DNA of 64,000 nucleotides from an uncultured Acidobacteriota bacterium. Lineage in GTDB: Bacteria > Acidobacteriota > Polarisedimenticolia > J045. Made by a program: the position numbers and the translations under genes. The stretch spans positions 128,001 to 192,000 of the forward strand of contig CAVPCQ010000006.1 of NCBI GenBank assembly GCA_963702425.1, in the 5' to 3' direction. Below, piece by piece: positions 20,957 through 34,284 of the stretch (position 1 is the first letter of the stretch; each line of letters starts with the position of its first letter). Under the pieces are notes generated by a model that saw only the letters and a list, made by a program, of their open reading frames with translations, did not search any database and was not told where the DNA came from.

Positions 20957-22937
20957 ATGGCGCGGCTGCGGAAGTCGACGGTCTTCTCGCTGCTGGTCCT
21001 GGCCGCGCTGCTCGCGGCCGTGATCGCCGAGAGCCTGCGTCCGCGCCCGCCGGCCTCCGCGTCGATCAACAGCCAACCACCCGAGCGCCCCGACGAGGTC
21101 ACGCGGCTCGAAGGCGGCTTCTCGTGGTCCTCGTCCGACGGCAAGCGGCGGCTCTTCGAGCTGTTCGCCGAGAGCCTCGTCGGGACGGAAGGGGGGGCGC
21201 ACTTCCTCGAGAAGGTCTCGCCCCTCACCCTGCACCTCGAGGACGGGCGCAGCGTGACGGTGCACGCCCGGAACGGCCGACTGCAGGAGCGCGAGGGCGG
21301 AGCGCGGCGGGAGGCCGAGATCGGCCTCGCGGGCGAAGTGGTCGTGCAGGATCCCGACGGCGTCACGCTGCGTTCGGAGAGCCTGGCCTACGACACCGTG
21401 AGCCGGCTCGTCAGCTCCGAGAGCGGGGTCCGGCTCGAAGGGCAGGGGATCTCGGGCCACGCGGCCCGCGTGCGCTACTACCCCGACCGGCGCGTGATCG
21501 AGGTCGACGGGCGCCTCGAGGTCGATCTCGAGCGCGGCGCCCCGTGGCAGATCGACGCCGCGGGCGGGATCTATCGCCTCGATGCCCGCGAGATCGAGCT
21601 CACGACCCCGTTCGTGGCGCGCATGCCGGGGCAGACCGTCTTCTCCGGGCCCGGGATCGTCCGGCTCGCCACCGACGAGCGCCCGGTCTCTTTCACGGGG
21701 AACGCGCCGGTCCAGGTCTCCGGGCCGCGCCAGGGCGGGACGTGGCAGCTCGCCGCGTGGCGCGTCGAGGCGGTCGCGACCGCCGGCAGCGGCGCGCGGC
21801 TGGCCGGGATCGAGGCCTTCGGTCCGACGTCGTTCGTGATGCGGAGGGAGGCGGCAGGCGGCGGCGAGGAGCGCGGCGTCGTTCACGCGCCGCGCTGGAC
21901 GATGACGCCGCGGGGCAGCGGATGGCAGGCCGTGGGCGGGCCCGGCTTCGAGGCCGAGTTCACGGTGCCGCGCCAGCCGGCGGGGTGGAAGGTGACCGGC
22001 GGGACGATGGAGGTGCAGGGGGACGGCGGCGACCGGCCCGAGCATCTCGTCGGTCGCGGGGGCGTCGTCGCCCGCGGTCCGGACGACCTGGTGGCGGAGG
22101 CCGAGACGGTCGAATGGGAGTCGGCCGAACCGAACGTGCTGCGCCTCGAGGGGAACCCCCGCGCGCACCCGGCAGCGCGGCGACTCGATGGAAGCGCCGG
22201 TTCTCCGCCTGCTGCGCGAGCAGGCGACGCTGATCGCCGAGCGCGGGGTCGTGGCCGAGGTCGCGTCGGTCGCCTCGTCGTCCGATGCGATCTTCGGCGG
22301 CAAGGAGCCGGTTCACGTCAAGGCCTCGAGCGCGACGGTGCCGCGCGACGAGCGGCAGCCGATCGAGTTCTCGGGGCCGGTCCAGGCCTGGCAGGGCGGC
22401 ACGATCCTCCGCTCCGCGCGGCTCGAGCTGCTGCGTGCCGAGAGCCGGTTCGTCGCCGACGGCGAATTCGTGCTGCGGATCGAGAACGAACGCCCCGGCC
22501 AGCCCCGCCGGACGATGCGGCTCTCCGGCGTGCGGCTCGAGTACCGTTCGCGGGAGCGCACCGCGCGCGTCACCGGCGACGCGCGTTTCGTCGAGGGGCC
22601 GATGACGGTCGAGGCGCGCGAGCTGTGGATGCGCGGCGCGCCGGGCGGCGGCGTCGAGCACCTCGAGGGCGAGGGGGGCGTGGTCCTGTCGTCCGAGAAG
22701 GGGACCGCGACCGCCGACCGGCTGGTCTGGGAAGGGGGAGACAAGGGGACGATCCTGCTCGTCGGCGAGAAGGAACTCGTGACGCTGAAATCACCCGAGG
22801 GCGCGATCACCCGGAGCGAGCGCGTGCGCTACTATCTCGCCGACGGCCGGTTCCAGACCGAGGGCGAGTCGGGACGAGCCCTGATCGAAGGTAAGCCGAC
22901 GGCACGCCCGCGGCCCGCGAACGACGAGAAGAAATGA
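20957..22937 (+). CDS. Long LptC/LptA (OstA-like) periplasmic LPS transport protein (+1 frameshift near 22165)
   Basis: N-terminal TM anchor followed by repeated beta-strand segments ([25 protein letters not shown]); translationally coupled to lptB. Confidence 0.65.
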
Positions 22938-23689
22938 GCGCACCCGATTCGACCGAACCGAGCGCCGACGCACTGGAGGCGAGCCACCTGCTGAAGGTCA
23001 TCCGCGAGCACCGGATCGTGGACGACGTGAGCGTCCGCGTTCAGCCGGGTGAGATCGTCGGGCTGCTCGGCCCGAACGGTGCCGGAAAGACGACCACCTT
23101 CGCGATGATCGTCGGGCTGCTCGAACCGGATGCCGGGTCGATCCGGCTCGGCGCGCGCGCGTTGACGGAGGAGCCGCTCCATCGCCGCGCCCTGGCCGGG
23201 ATCGCCTACCTGCCGCAGGAACCGAGCGTCTTCCGCCGGCTCCCGGTGCGCGGGAACCTCCAGCTGGTGCTCGAAGCGCTGGGCTGCTCGGACGCCGAGA
23301 TCGACGCGCGCTGCACCCGGCTGCTCGAGGAGTTCGGCCTGACGGCGATCGCCGAGCGGCCGGCGTACCTGCTCTCCGGCGGGGAACGGCGGCGCTGCGA
23401 GATCGCGCGCGCGATGGCGATCGAACCAAAGTACCTGCTGCTGGACGAGCCCTTCGCCGGGATCGACCCGATCGCGGTCGCCGAGATGCAGCGGCTGGTC
23501 AAGTCGTTGGCCGGCAGCGGGATCGGCGTCCTGATCACCGACCACAACGTCCGGGAGACATTGCAGATCACCGACCGTGCCTATATCATTCGAACAGGGA
23601 GGATCTTCCGCAGCGGATCGCCGGAGCTCCTTGCGGCGGATCCGGAGGTGCGGGCGATCTACTTGGGCCAGGACTTCAAGCTCGACTGA
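22934..23689 (+). CDS. lptB: LPS export ABC transporter ATP-binding protein
   Basis: [47 protein letters not shown]. Confidence 0.96.
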   Translation: MSAPDSTEPSADALEASHLLKVIREHRIVDDVSVRVQPGEIVGLLGPNGAGKTTTFAMIVGLLEPDAGSIRLGARALTEEPLHRRALAGIAYLPQEPSVFRRLPVRGNLQLVLEALGCSDAEIDARCTRLLEEFGLTAIAERPAYLLSGGERRRCEIARAMAIEPKYLLLDEPFAGIDPIAVAEMQRLVKSLAGSGIGVLITDHNVRETLQITDRAYIIRTGRIFRSGSPELLAADPEVRAIYLGQDFKLD

Positions 23690-23719
23690 ACATCACCTCG
23701 CAACGCGGACCGGCGGCCG

Positions 23720-25198
23720 ATGCCCCAGCTCGAACAGAGACTTCAAACGCGGCTGGTGCAGAAGCTGATCATCACGCCTCAGCTCCAGCAGGCGATCAAG
23801 CTGCTCCAACTGTCCAAGCTCGAGCTCCAGGAGGAGATCGCCCAGGAGCTCGTCGAGAATCCCGCGCTCGAGGAAGCCACCACCACGACGGAGAAGTTCG
23901 AGGAGAAGGAGCAGTCTCCAGCCAACACCGAACGCGAAGTCACCGTCGGCGAGAACGCCGAGCGCCACGACGAAGATTTCGACTACGGCGCTTTCTTTCG
24001 CGACCTCGAAGACAGCTACGAACCGGTACGCGGCACGCGGGAGTACCAGCCCGAGGACCAGCCGACATTCGAGCAGGTCGCGGCGACGCAGGCCCACCTC
24101 GCCGATCATCTCACCTGGCAGCTCGAGATGAGCGCGATCATCGGCCGTGCCCGGCGGATTGGCGAAGCGATCATCGGCAACCTCGACGAGCGCGGCTACC
24201 TCGAGGCGACGGGCGAAGAGCTCGCCGCGATGGCGCCCTCCGGCGAAACCTGGAGCGTGCACGAGATCGAGAAGGTCCGGACCCAGCTCCAGCTTTTCGA
24301 TCCGGTCGGCGTCGCCAGTCGCACGCTGCAGGAGTGTCTGCTCGTCCAGCTCGACTTCCAGGAGCTCGGCGACTCGCCCGCGGCCGTCGCGATCCGGGAC
24401 CATCTCCCCCTGCTCGAGGCGCGACGCCACACCGAACTGGCCGCGGCGCTCAAACTGTCACCCGAGGCGTGCGACGCCGTGATGGAGGTCATCCGGCACC
24501 TCGATCCGCAGCCCGGCGAGAAGTACAACCCGCGCGAGACGACGTACATCATTCCCGACGTTTTCGTGGTCAAGGACGGAGACGAGTACCGCCTGATGCT
24601 GAACGAGGAGGGCCTCCCCCGGCTGCGGGTCTCGCCGACCTACCGGCGCTTCTTCGAGGAGGCCGGGCGGGGCGCCACGAGCGACGCCTCGACCCGCGAG
24701 TTCGTGCGCGACCGCGTGCGGGCCGCGTTCCGGCTGATCCGCTCGCTCGAGGAGCGTCAGCGGACGATCTACAAGGTGGCCGCCAGCATCGTGAAATTCC
24801 AGCGCGCCTTCCTCGACGAGGGGATCAACGCGATTCGGCCGCTGGTGCTGCGAGACGTGGCCGAGGACATCGGGATGCACGAGTCCACGGTCAGCCGCGT
24901 GGTGAACAACAAGTACATGCACACCCACCGCGGCCTGTACGAGATGCGCTTCTTCTTCCACAGCGGCCTGGCCGTCGCGGACGGGGAAGCGATGTCGTCG
25001 CTGACGGTGAAGGAGAAGATCAAGCGCATGGTGGCGGACGAGGACCAGAAACACCCGCTCTCGGACCAGGCGATCGCCGAGAACCTGCGGCGCGACGGCT
25101 TGCAGATCGCGCGCCGCACGGTCGCCAAGTACCGCGAAGAGCTGCGGATCCCGCCGTCGACGCAGCGCCGGACGCACCACCGACCTGACGCCCGCTGA
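23720..25198 (+). CDS. rpoN: RNA polymerase sigma-54 factor
   Basis: TPQLQQAIKLLQL, HESTVSR, RpoN box ARRTVAKYRE. Confidence 0.97.
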   Translation: MPQLEQRLQTRLVQKLIITPQLQQAIKLLQLSKLELQEEIAQELVENPALEEATTTTEKFEEKEQSPANTEREVTVGENAERHDEDFDYGAFFRDLEDSYEPVRGTREYQPEDQPTFEQVAATQAHLADHLTWQLEMSAIIGRARRIGEAIIGNLDERGYLEATGEELAAMAPSGETWSVHEIEKVRTQLQLFDPVGVASRTLQECLLVQLDFQELGDSPAAVAIRDHLPLLEARRHTELAAALKLSPEACDAVMEVIRHLDPQPGEKYNPRETTYIIPDVFVVKDGDEYRLMLNEEGLPRLRVSPTYRRFFEEAGRGATSDASTREFVRDRVRAAFRLIRSLEERQRTIYKVAASIVKFQRAFLDEGINAIRPLVLRDVAEDIGMHESTVSRVVNNKYMHTHRGLYEMRFFFHSGLAVADGEAMSSLTVKEKIKRMVADEDQKHPLSDQAIAENLRRDGLQIARRTVAKYREELRIPPSTQRRTHHRPDAR

Positions 25199-25241
25199 GC
25201 GGTTGCCGCCGGCGCGCGTCTCTCACCCTGGGAGGGACAGG

Positions 25242-25574
25242 ATGACCATCGAGCTCACGGCGCGACACATCGACCTCTCGCCGGAAGACCGTGCATACGC
25301 GGAGGACAAGCTTCGCAAGCTCGGAAGGCTCGTGGACAGTCTCGACATGCACGTTACGATCGAGGCGGAAAAGCACCGCCAGACCTGCGCGATCTCGGCG
25401 TGGGGCAAGGGTGCGTCCTACTCGGTCGAGGTCACGGACGACGACCTGAAGGCCGCGATCAACGAAGCCGTCGACATCCTCGCCCGGCAGCTGCGGAAGG
25501 ACAAGACGAGCCGGCTGGCGGGCCGCCGGGAAGGGGCGGAGACGATCCGCCGTCCCAAGAAGGCCGGCGCCTGA
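25242..25574 (+). CDS. hpf: Ribosome hibernation promoting factor (short HPF/RaiA)
   Basis: IELTARHIDL, YAEDKL.KL, DL.AAIN..VD.L.RQLRK; canonical position after rpoN. Confidence 0.85.
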   Translation: MTIELTARHIDLSPEDRAYAEDKLRKLGRLVDSLDMHVTIEAEKHRQTCAISAWGKGASYSVEVTDDDLKAAINEAVDILARQLRKDKTSRLAGRREGAETIRRPKKAGA

Positions 25575-25729
25575 CCCGGGCCGGCGGGCCCGGTTGCCGG
25601 GCGCGCCGCCGGGATTCAAGGGCCCGCCGCCCCCCGCTCCCGGTGGAGCGGAGGGGGTCTCGCGGTATGCTTATCGGCCCTCTGCGAGGGTAACGCGCAG
25701 ACGGCCGTGGCAGGCGACGCGAGGAACCC

Positions 25730-27395
<1,666 letters not shown>

Positions 27396-27430
27396 TCCCC
27401 CGGGCGCGGAATGCAGGAGACGGACGGGCC

Positions 27431-27841
27431 ATGGACAAGGATTCCGGAAGGCGGCGCCTGTTGATCGGCAAGGTGGGCCTGGATGGGCACGATCGCGGGG
27501 CGAAGATCATCGCCCGGGCGCTGCGCGACGCCGGGCACGAGGTGATCTACACCGGCCTGCACAAGACCCCCGAGCAGGTCGTCGAGACCGCGATCCAGGA
27601 GGACGTCGACGCGATCGGGCTGTCGATCCTCTCCGGGGCGCACATGACGCTGTTCCCCAAGGTGATCCGACTGCTGCGCGAGCGCGGTGCGGGCGACGTG
27701 GTCGTCTTCGGCGGCGGGATCATCCCGGAGGAGGATCTCGCGCCGCTCCGCGAGGCCGGCCTGGCCGAGATCTTCCGCCCCGGAACGAGCACCGAGTCGC
27801 TGGTCGGCTGGGTCGCGGAGAAGATCCCGGCCCGGCGCTGA
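27431..27841 (+). CDS. Cobalamin-binding subunit of acyl-CoA mutase
   Basis: [29 protein letters not shown]. Confidence 0.94.
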   Translation: MDKDSGRRRLLIGKVGLDGHDRGAKIIARALRDAGHEVIYTGLHKTPEQVVETAIQEDVDAIGLSILSGAHMTLFPKVIRLLRERGAGDVVVFGGGIIPEEDLAPLREAGLAEIFRPGTSTESLVGWVAEKIPARR

Positions 27842-27860
27842 GCCGCGTGCACCGTCACCT

Positions 27861-27890
27861 TTGACACCCCTCCGAGCGGGGTGTTACGGT
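27861..27890 (+). promoter_or_regulatory. Sigma-70-like promoter containing an inverted repeat
   Basis: TTGACA-18 nt-TACGGT; ACACCCC-N7-GGGGTGT spans the spacer. Confidence 0.45.
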
Positions 27891-27923
27891 TCCGTTCTTT
27901 TTCCGGCCGCGGGGGCCCACGCG

Positions 27924-28715
27924 ATGCCCACGATCCTCATCGCCGACGACAGCACGACGATCCGCAAGGTCGTGCAGAGCGTGCTCGGTGCGGCCGGACA
28001 CACCGTGCTCGGTGCCGTCCACGGGCGCGAGGCGCTCGAGCTGGCCCGCAGCCACCGTCCGCAGCTCGTGCTGTGCGACGTGCTCATGCCGGAGCTGACC
28101 GGCTACGAGGTGACGGAGGCGCTGAAACGCGACCCCGCCCTGCGGTCGATTCCGATCGTCCTGCTCTTCGGAGCCTTCGAGCCGTTCGACGAAGAGCGCG
28201 CCGCTCGCTGCGGCGCGGTGGGACACCTGGCCAAGCCCTTCGACCCGCGGCAGCTCCTGCGGCGCGTCGAGGAGGTCCTGGTCGCGTTCCCCGCCGGGGC
28301 CGCCGAGCCCCGGTCCGACACGCCGCACCTCCCGGGCGGGGACGCGATCGAGCGGGAGTCCGAGGGGGAGGGCCTCGAGGGTCTCCGCGCGGAGGCCGCT
28401 CCGTCCGGCCCGATCCAGGATTTCCCGCTCGAGCTTCCGCCCCCGCCCGCCGCGCCCTGGAACCAGCGCGTTCCGCTGCCTGGCGAGGAGGGCTTCGATC
28501 TCGCGCCGCCGCCGCTCGAGGATCTCCCCCCGGGGGTGGCACCCGACCTCGCGGTCCTGCTCCGAGAGGAGGTGCGCCGCCGGCTGGCGGAACTGGCGCC
28601 GGAGATCGTCCGCGAGGTGGCCTGGGAAGTGGTTCCCGACCTGCTCGAGCGCCTGCTGCGCGAGGGTCGACCTGCGACGCGCCAGGCCGAGCCGACCGGA
28701 GATCCGACGCGATGA
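27924..28715 (+). CDS. RomR-like response regulator (REC domain, Pro/Glu linker, conserved C-terminal helix)
   Basis: ILIADDS.TIRKVV, GAFEPFDE, KPFD, C-terminal EIVREVAWEVVPDL.E.L.RE; overlaps valS. Confidence 0.75.
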   Translation: MPTILIADDSTTIRKVVQSVLGAAGHTVLGAVHGREALELARSHRPQLVLCDVLMPELTGYEVTEALKRDPALRSIPIVLLFGAFEPFDEERAARCGAVGHLAKPFDPRQLLRRVEEVLVAFPAGAAEPRSDTPHLPGGDAIERESEGEGLEGLRAEAAPSGPIQDFPLELPPPPAAPWNQRVPLPGEEGFDLAPPPLEDLPPGVAPDLAVLLREEVRRRLAELAPEIVREVAWEVVPDLLERLLREGRPATRQAEPTGDPTR

Positions 28716-31394
28716 GCAGCCTGGAGAAGGCGTTCAACCCGGAGGCTTACGAAGCCCGGGTGGGGGCCGCGTGGCGCGAGGCCGAGCTGTTCCGCGGTCG
28801 CCCCGAAGCGGCGGCCGCACGCTTTTCGCTCGTCATCCCGCCGCCGAACGTGACCGGCTCGCTGCACATCGGGCACGCGCTGGACTACACGCTGCAGGAC
28901 ATCATCGTCCGCTGGCACCGGATGTGCGGGAAGGACGCGCTCTGGGTCCCTGGCTCGGACCACGCCGGGATCGCGACCCAGGCGGTCGTCGAAAAAGCGC
29001 TGCGCCGCGAGGGCAAGGACCGACACGCGATCGGCCGCGAGGCGTTCGTCGAAGAGGTCTGGAAGTGGAAAGAACTCTTCCACGGGAAGATCGTCGGGAC
29101 GCTCGACCGGCTCGGGTGCTCGTGCGACTGGTCGCGCGAGCGCTTCACCCTCGACCCCGGCCTTTCGCGTGCGGTGCGCGAGACCTTCGTGCGACTGCAC
29201 GAGGACGGTTTGATCTACCGCGGGATGCGGCTGATCAACTGGTGCCCGTCGTGCCGGACCGCGCTGTCGGACCTGGAGGTCGACCGCGACGATCCCGAGC
29301 CGGGCGAGCTCTGGTCGTTCGCCTACCCGATCGAGGGCGGGGGAGAGATCGTCGTCGCCACGACGCGGCCCGAGACGATGCTGGGGGACACGGCGATCGC
29401 GGTTCACCCGGACGATCCGCGCTGGCGGAGGGTGATCGGCAAGCGGGTGATCCACCCCTTCTTCCCGGATCGGGTGGTCCCGATCATCGCCGACCCCCTG
29501 CTCGCCGACCCCGAGACCGGCACGGGTGCGGTGAAGGTGACGCCGGCGCACGACCCGAACGACTTCGCCTGCGGCAAGCGCCACGGTCTCCCGGAGATCT
29601 CGATCCTGGCCGAGGACGGCACGGTGAACGAGGCCGGCGGCCCCTTCGCCGGGCTCGACCGTTTCGAGGCTCGCGAGCAGGTGAAGGCGGCGATCGCCGA
29701 GCGCGGTCTCGACCGCGGGCGGAAGGACCACTTCTACGCCCCGGGCCGCTGCCAGCGCTGCCGCACGATCGCCGAGCCGCTGATCTCCACGCAGTGGTTC
29801 CTGACGATGGAGCCGCTGGCGCGGCCGGCGCTCGAGGCGGTCCGCGACGGCCGGATCCGCTTCGTGCCCGACACCTGGGAGAAGACCTACTTCCACTGGC
29901 TCGAGAACATCCAGGACTGGTGCATCTCGCGCCAGCTCTGGTGGGGGCACCGGATCCCGGCCTGGTACTGCCCCGACGGGCACGTCACCGTCACCCGCCA
30001 GGATCCCGCGGCCTGCACCACCTGCGGCGCGACCGCGCTGACCCAGGACCCGGACGTCCTCGACACCTGGTTCAGCTCGCAGCTCTGGCCGTTTTCGGTC
30101 TTCGGCTGGCCCGACGAGACGCCCGACCTGAAGCGCTACTACCCGACCGACGTCCTCGTCACGGGCTTCGACATCATCTTCTTCTGGGTGGCCCGGATGA
30201 TCATGGCCGGGTTGCGCCTGACCGGCGAGGTCCCGTTCCGGACGGTCCTCTATCACGGCCTCGTGCGCGACGCGCACGGCCGCAAGATGTCGAAGTCGAG
30301 CGGCAACGCCCTCGAGCCCGAGGAGGCGATGGTCCGCCACGGCGTCGACGCGCTGCGCTTCACGCTGGCCGCGCAGGCCAGCCCCGGCTCCGACCTGTCG
30401 CTCTCGGAGGAGCGGCTCGCCGGCTACCGCGCGTTCATGAACAAACTCTGGAACGCGACCCGCTTCATGCTGATGCGGTTGCCGGAGGACCCGTCCACGG
30501 CCCGCACCGACTACGCGGCATCCGACTACGACGACGTCGATCGCTACCTCGCGGCGCGCTACCTCGATCTCGTCGACGACGTCGACCGCGCGATGCAGGG
30601 CTACCGCTACGACCACGCCGCGGAGGCGATCTACCACTTCCTGTGGGGCACCTACTGCGACTGGTGCATCGAGCTGGCCAAGCCGGACCTGGCCGAGGGA
30701 GCCGACCCGCACCGATCGGCCGTGCGCCGCGCCCTGCTCTTCGACGTGCTCGACGGCGCGCTGCGGCTGCTGCACCCGATCGCGCCGTTCATCACCGAGG
30801 AGCTCTGGCAGAACCTCCCGCGCCGCGCCGGGGACCCCGCGTTCCTGGCCGTCGCGGTCTACCCGGTCCCGAACCGGCCCGGGATCCCGGTGCCGGACGG
30901 CTTCGACCGCGCGGCCGCGGCGGCCCGGGTCGAGCGCTTCCTGATCGCGCCGGTTTCGGCGGCGCGCGCACTGCGCACCGGCGCCAACGTGCCGCCGTCG
31001 CGCAAGATCGTCCTCCAGTTGCGGCCCCGCACCGCCGACGCGGCGCGGCCGCTGGCCGAACTCTCCGCGCGGATCGGGCTCCTGACCAACGCCGAGGAGG
31101 TCACCGTGCTCGACGGCACGGCCGACCCGGGCCCGGCGCTGCGGCAGGTGCTCGACGACCTCGAAGTCGTGATCCCGCTCGCCGGCGCGGTCGACACCGT
31201 GGCGGAGCGGGCGCGCCTCGAGAAGGAGCAGGCGAAGCTGGCGAAGGACCTCGACGCGATGCGGACCAAGCTCGGGAACCCGTCGTTCGTCGAGCGCGCC
31301 CCGGCCGAGGTGGTGGAGAAGGAACGAGGGACGCATCGCCGCGCTGGAAGGGCGCCTCGCCGAGATCGCCGGGCTGCTGGACGGGCTGCGATGA
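28712..31394 (+). CDS. valS: Valine--tRNA ligase (+1 frameshift near 31329 creates an apparent fusion to nadC)
   Basis: PPPNVTGSLHIGH, DWCISRQLWWGHRIP, KMSKS, C-terminal coiled coil KLGNPSFVERAP. Confidence 0.96.
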
Positions 31395-32254
31395 GCGCCC
31401 CGGTCTTCCCGCTCGAGGCGGCGCGGGAGGCGGTGGCGCGCGCGCTCGACGAGGATCTCGGCCCGGGAGGGGACATCACGACGCGCGCCGTCGCCGGGAG
31501 CGGCGGGCACGCCGTGGCGGAGATCGTCGCGCGCGAGCCGCTCGTGGTCGCCGGGCTTCCGCTGGTCCCGCTGGTGTTCGAGGAGATGACTCGCCGCACG
31601 GGTCTCCCTTCGCGCGTCACGCTTCATATTCCCGATGGGACCGCGGTGGCTGCCGGCACGGCGCTCGCAACCGTCGAGGGGCCCCCGGCGGTCGTGCTCG
31701 GGGGGGAGCGCGTGGCGCTCAACTTCCTCGGCCGCCTCGCCGGGATCGCGACGCTGACCGCGGAGGCCGTCCGCGAGGTCGCGGGGACCGGCGCGCGCGT
31801 CTCCGATACCCGCAAGACGACTCCCGGGCTGCGCGCGCTCGAGAAGTACGCCGTGGCTGCCGGCGGCGGCGAGAACCACCGGCCGACGCTCGACGCGATG
31901 GTCCTCCTGAAGGACAACCACAAGCTGATCGCGGGGGGGATCCGGGAGGCGCTGCGGCGCACCGAGGCCGCCGGCTACCCCGCGCGGGAAGTCGAGGTGG
32001 AGGTCGAGACGTTGGAGGAACTCGACGAGGCGCTGGCCGGCGGCGCGGGCTGGATTCTGCTCGACAACATGCCGCTCGGCGCGATCCGCGAGGCGACGCG
32101 GCGGAGCGCCGGACGGGCCCGCCTCGAGGTCTCCGGCGGCCTGCGCCCCGGCCGGCTTCGCGCGCTCGCCGAGGCCGGCGTCGATCGCCTCTCGCTCGGG
32201 GCGCTGACTCACGGCGCACGCTCGATGGACGTCGCGCTCGACCTCCGGACGTGA
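31391..32254 (+). CDS. nadC: Quinolinate phosphoribosyltransferase
   Basis: EDLG..GDITT, ERVALNFL, DTRKTTPGLR, LLKDNH, EVEVE, LLDNM. Confidence 0.95.
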   Translation: MSAPVFPLEAAREAVARALDEDLGPGGDITTRAVAGSGGHAVAEIVAREPLVVAGLPLVPLVFEEMTRRTGLPSRVTLHIPDGTAVAAGTALATVEGPPAVVLGGERVALNFLGRLAGIATLTAEAVREVAGTGARVSDTRKTTPGLRALEKYAVAAGGGENHRPTLDAMVLLKDNHKLIAGGIREALRRTEAAGYPAREVEVEVETLEELDEALAGGAGWILLDNMPLGAIREATRRSAGRARLEVSGGLRPGRLRALAEAGVDRLSLGALTHGARSMDVALDLRT

Positions 32255-33063
32255 GCAGGGCGGAGGACCTCGAGCGGTCGATCGCCGGCGCGCTCGCGCC
32301 GGGCGGGATGGGCGGCCCGCTGGTCGTATTGGAAACCTGCCCGAGCACGATGGACGAGGCCCGGGAGCGGGTCGCGGCGGGCGCCGGGCCGGGCCTGGTC
32401 GTCATCGCGCTCGAGCAGACGGCCGGGCGCGGGCGCCACGGCCGGATCTTCGTCTCCCCACGCGGCGGCCTTTACCTGACCGCCGCCGTCCGGCCCCCGG
32501 CGGATCCCGCCCTCGCCTGGCGCCTGGGGTTCGCTGCGGCCCTCGCCGCGCGCGACGCGGTCGCGGCCGCGGGCGCCCCTCCACCCGGATTCGAGTGGCC
32601 CAACGACCTCGTCCTCGGGGGACGGAAAGTCGGCGGCGTTCTGGCCGAGTTGCTCGGCCGCGGCGGCCCCTCGGGGAGACCGATCGTGCTGCTCGGGATC
32701 GGCCTGAACCTCGGTCCCGACCCGCGCTTGTTCGACCCCGGGCGGGCCGGACCGGCCGGCCCGATCCCATTCCCGGAACCGGACCGCGCGCTTCCCGCCG
32801 TGGCGGTCGCCCTGCTCGAGGCTTTGCCCAGGTGGGCGGCGGCCGTCGGCGACGAAGCGGGCTGGACGGATGCGCTAGAATCAGTGCGTGCCGCGTCGGC
32901 GGCGTCGCGCGGGGCGCCGGTTCGTGTCCAGGAGCCGGACGGTCGCGTGGTCGAAGGGGTGGGAGAGGGGATCCGGGACGACGGGGCGCTGTTGGTCCGC
33001 ATCGCGCAGCGCGCGGGCGGAGGGATCGTGGCGGTCCGGTACGGAGAGCGCCTGTGGGGGTGA
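32251..33063 (+). CDS. birA: Biotin--[acetyl-CoA carboxylase] ligase
   Basis: STMD, EQTAGRGR.GR, WPNDL...RKVGGVL, GIGLN. Confidence 0.88.
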   Translation: MSRAEDLERSIAGALAPGGMGGPLVVLETCPSTMDEARERVAAGAGPGLVVIALEQTAGRGRHGRIFVSPRGGLYLTAAVRPPADPALAWRLGFAAALAARDAVAAAGAPPPGFEWPNDLVLGGRKVGGVLAELLGRGGPSGRPIVLLGIGLNLGPDPRLFDPGRAGPAGPIPFPEPDRALPAVAVALLEALPRWAAAVGDEAGWTDALESVRAASAASRGAPVRVQEPDGRVVEGVGEGIRDDGALLVRIAQRAGGGIVAVRYGERLWG

Positions 33064-33067
33064 AGGC

Positions 33068-33829
33068 GTGCTGCTCGCGGTCGACATCGGGAACACCAAC
33101 ATCGCGATCGGCTGCTTCGAGGGGGAGCGGCTGGCCCACTCCTGGCGGCTCTCCTCGCGCCGCGACCTGACCACGGACGAGGCCACCCTGACGCTGCGCG
33201 GGCTGCTCGGCGCAGCCCCGGTGCGCGTCCGTTCGGGCATCGTCGCCTCGGTCGTTCCGCCGCTGACCGGAGTGCTGCTCGAGGCGCTGCGCGGGCTCGG
33301 AGTCTCGGACCCGCTCGAGGTCGCTCCGGGGATCCGCACCGGGATCCGGATCCGCTTCGACAATCCGCAGGAAGTCGGCGCCGACCGGATCGTCAACGCG
33401 GTCGCGGCCCACGCGCGCTACGGCGGCCCGGCCGTGATCGTCGATCTCGGCACCGCCACCACGCTGGACGTGATCACCGCCGACGGCGAGTACATCGGCG
33501 GCGTGATCTGCCCCGGCCCCCTGCTGGGCGCGGAGGCGCTCGCCGCGCGCACCGCGCGCCTGCCGCGCGTCGACCTCGTGCTGCCGCCGCGGGTGATCGG
33601 CCGCAACACCGTCGACTCGATCCGCTCCGGCCTCGTGTTCGGCCACGCGGCGATGATCGAGGGGCTGGTCCGGCGGATCGAGGAGGAACTCGAGACCTCC
33701 GTGAAGTTGATCGCCACCGGCGGGCTCGGGCACGCGCTACACTCCGTGCTGCCGCGGATCGACAGCTTCGACCCGGATCTCACGTTGGATGGCCTGCGGT
33801 TGCTCTGGGAACGCAACGCACCCCGATGA
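33068..33829 (+). CDS. coaX: Type III pantothenate kinase
   Basis: VDIGNTN, ASVVP, VGADR, VDLGTATT, ATGG. Confidence 0.95.
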   Translation: MLLAVDIGNTNIAIGCFEGERLAHSWRLSSRRDLTTDEATLTLRGLLGAAPVRVRSGIVASVVPPLTGVLLEALRGLGVSDPLEVAPGIRTGIRIRFDNPQEVGADRIVNAVAAHARYGGPAVIVDLGTATTLDVITADGEYIGGVICPGPLLGAEALAARTARLPRVDLVLPPRVIGRNTVDSIRSGLVFGHAAMIEGLVRRIEEELETSVKLIATGGLGHALHSVLPRIDSFDPDLTLDGLRLLWERNAPR

Positions 33830-34284
33830 AGATCCTCTTCGTCTGCACGGCGAATGTCTGCCGCTCCCCCGTGGCCGAGCACTACCTGCGCCGACTCGTC
33901 GAGCGCCTGGGGCCGAGCGTGGTGGAAATCGCCTCCACCGGGACGCACGCGGTGAGCGGACTGCCGTCGGACGGGATCGCCGCGCGGCTCGCGGCCGACC
34001 GGGGTTGCGATCTTGCGCAGCACCGCAGCCAGCCGATGCTGCCGCAGGACGTCGCGGTCGCCGACCGGATCGTCGTGATGGAGCGCCGCCACCGGCAGTT
34101 CTTCGCCGAGTACTACCCCGACGCGTTACCCAAGGTCCAGCTGCTGCTCGCCGGGCCGGACGGAACGGGAGGGCGCGATCTCGCCGACCCGACCGGTGGC
34201 ACGATGGCGGACTACAGGCGCTGCTTCGACCAGCTGTTCGACGCGATCGAGCGCATGGCGCTCTCGTTCCGGTTCCCGCGGTGA
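33826..34284 (+). CDS. Low-molecular-weight protein tyrosine/arginine phosphatase family
   Basis: FVCTANVCRSP P-loop; DLADP. Confidence 0.88.
   Translation: MKILFVCTANVCRSPVAEHYLRRLVERLGPSVVEIASTGTHAVSGLPSDGIAARLAADRGCDLAQHRSQPMLPQDVAVADRIVVMERRHRQFFAEYYPDALPKVQLLLAGPDGTGGRDLADPTGGTMADYRRCFDQLFDAIERMALSFRFPR

Noticed and set aside
27881-32254. 1457-aa ValS-NadC fusion ORF
   Set aside because: An extra G near 31329; the corrected valS ends at an ATGA overlap with nadC.
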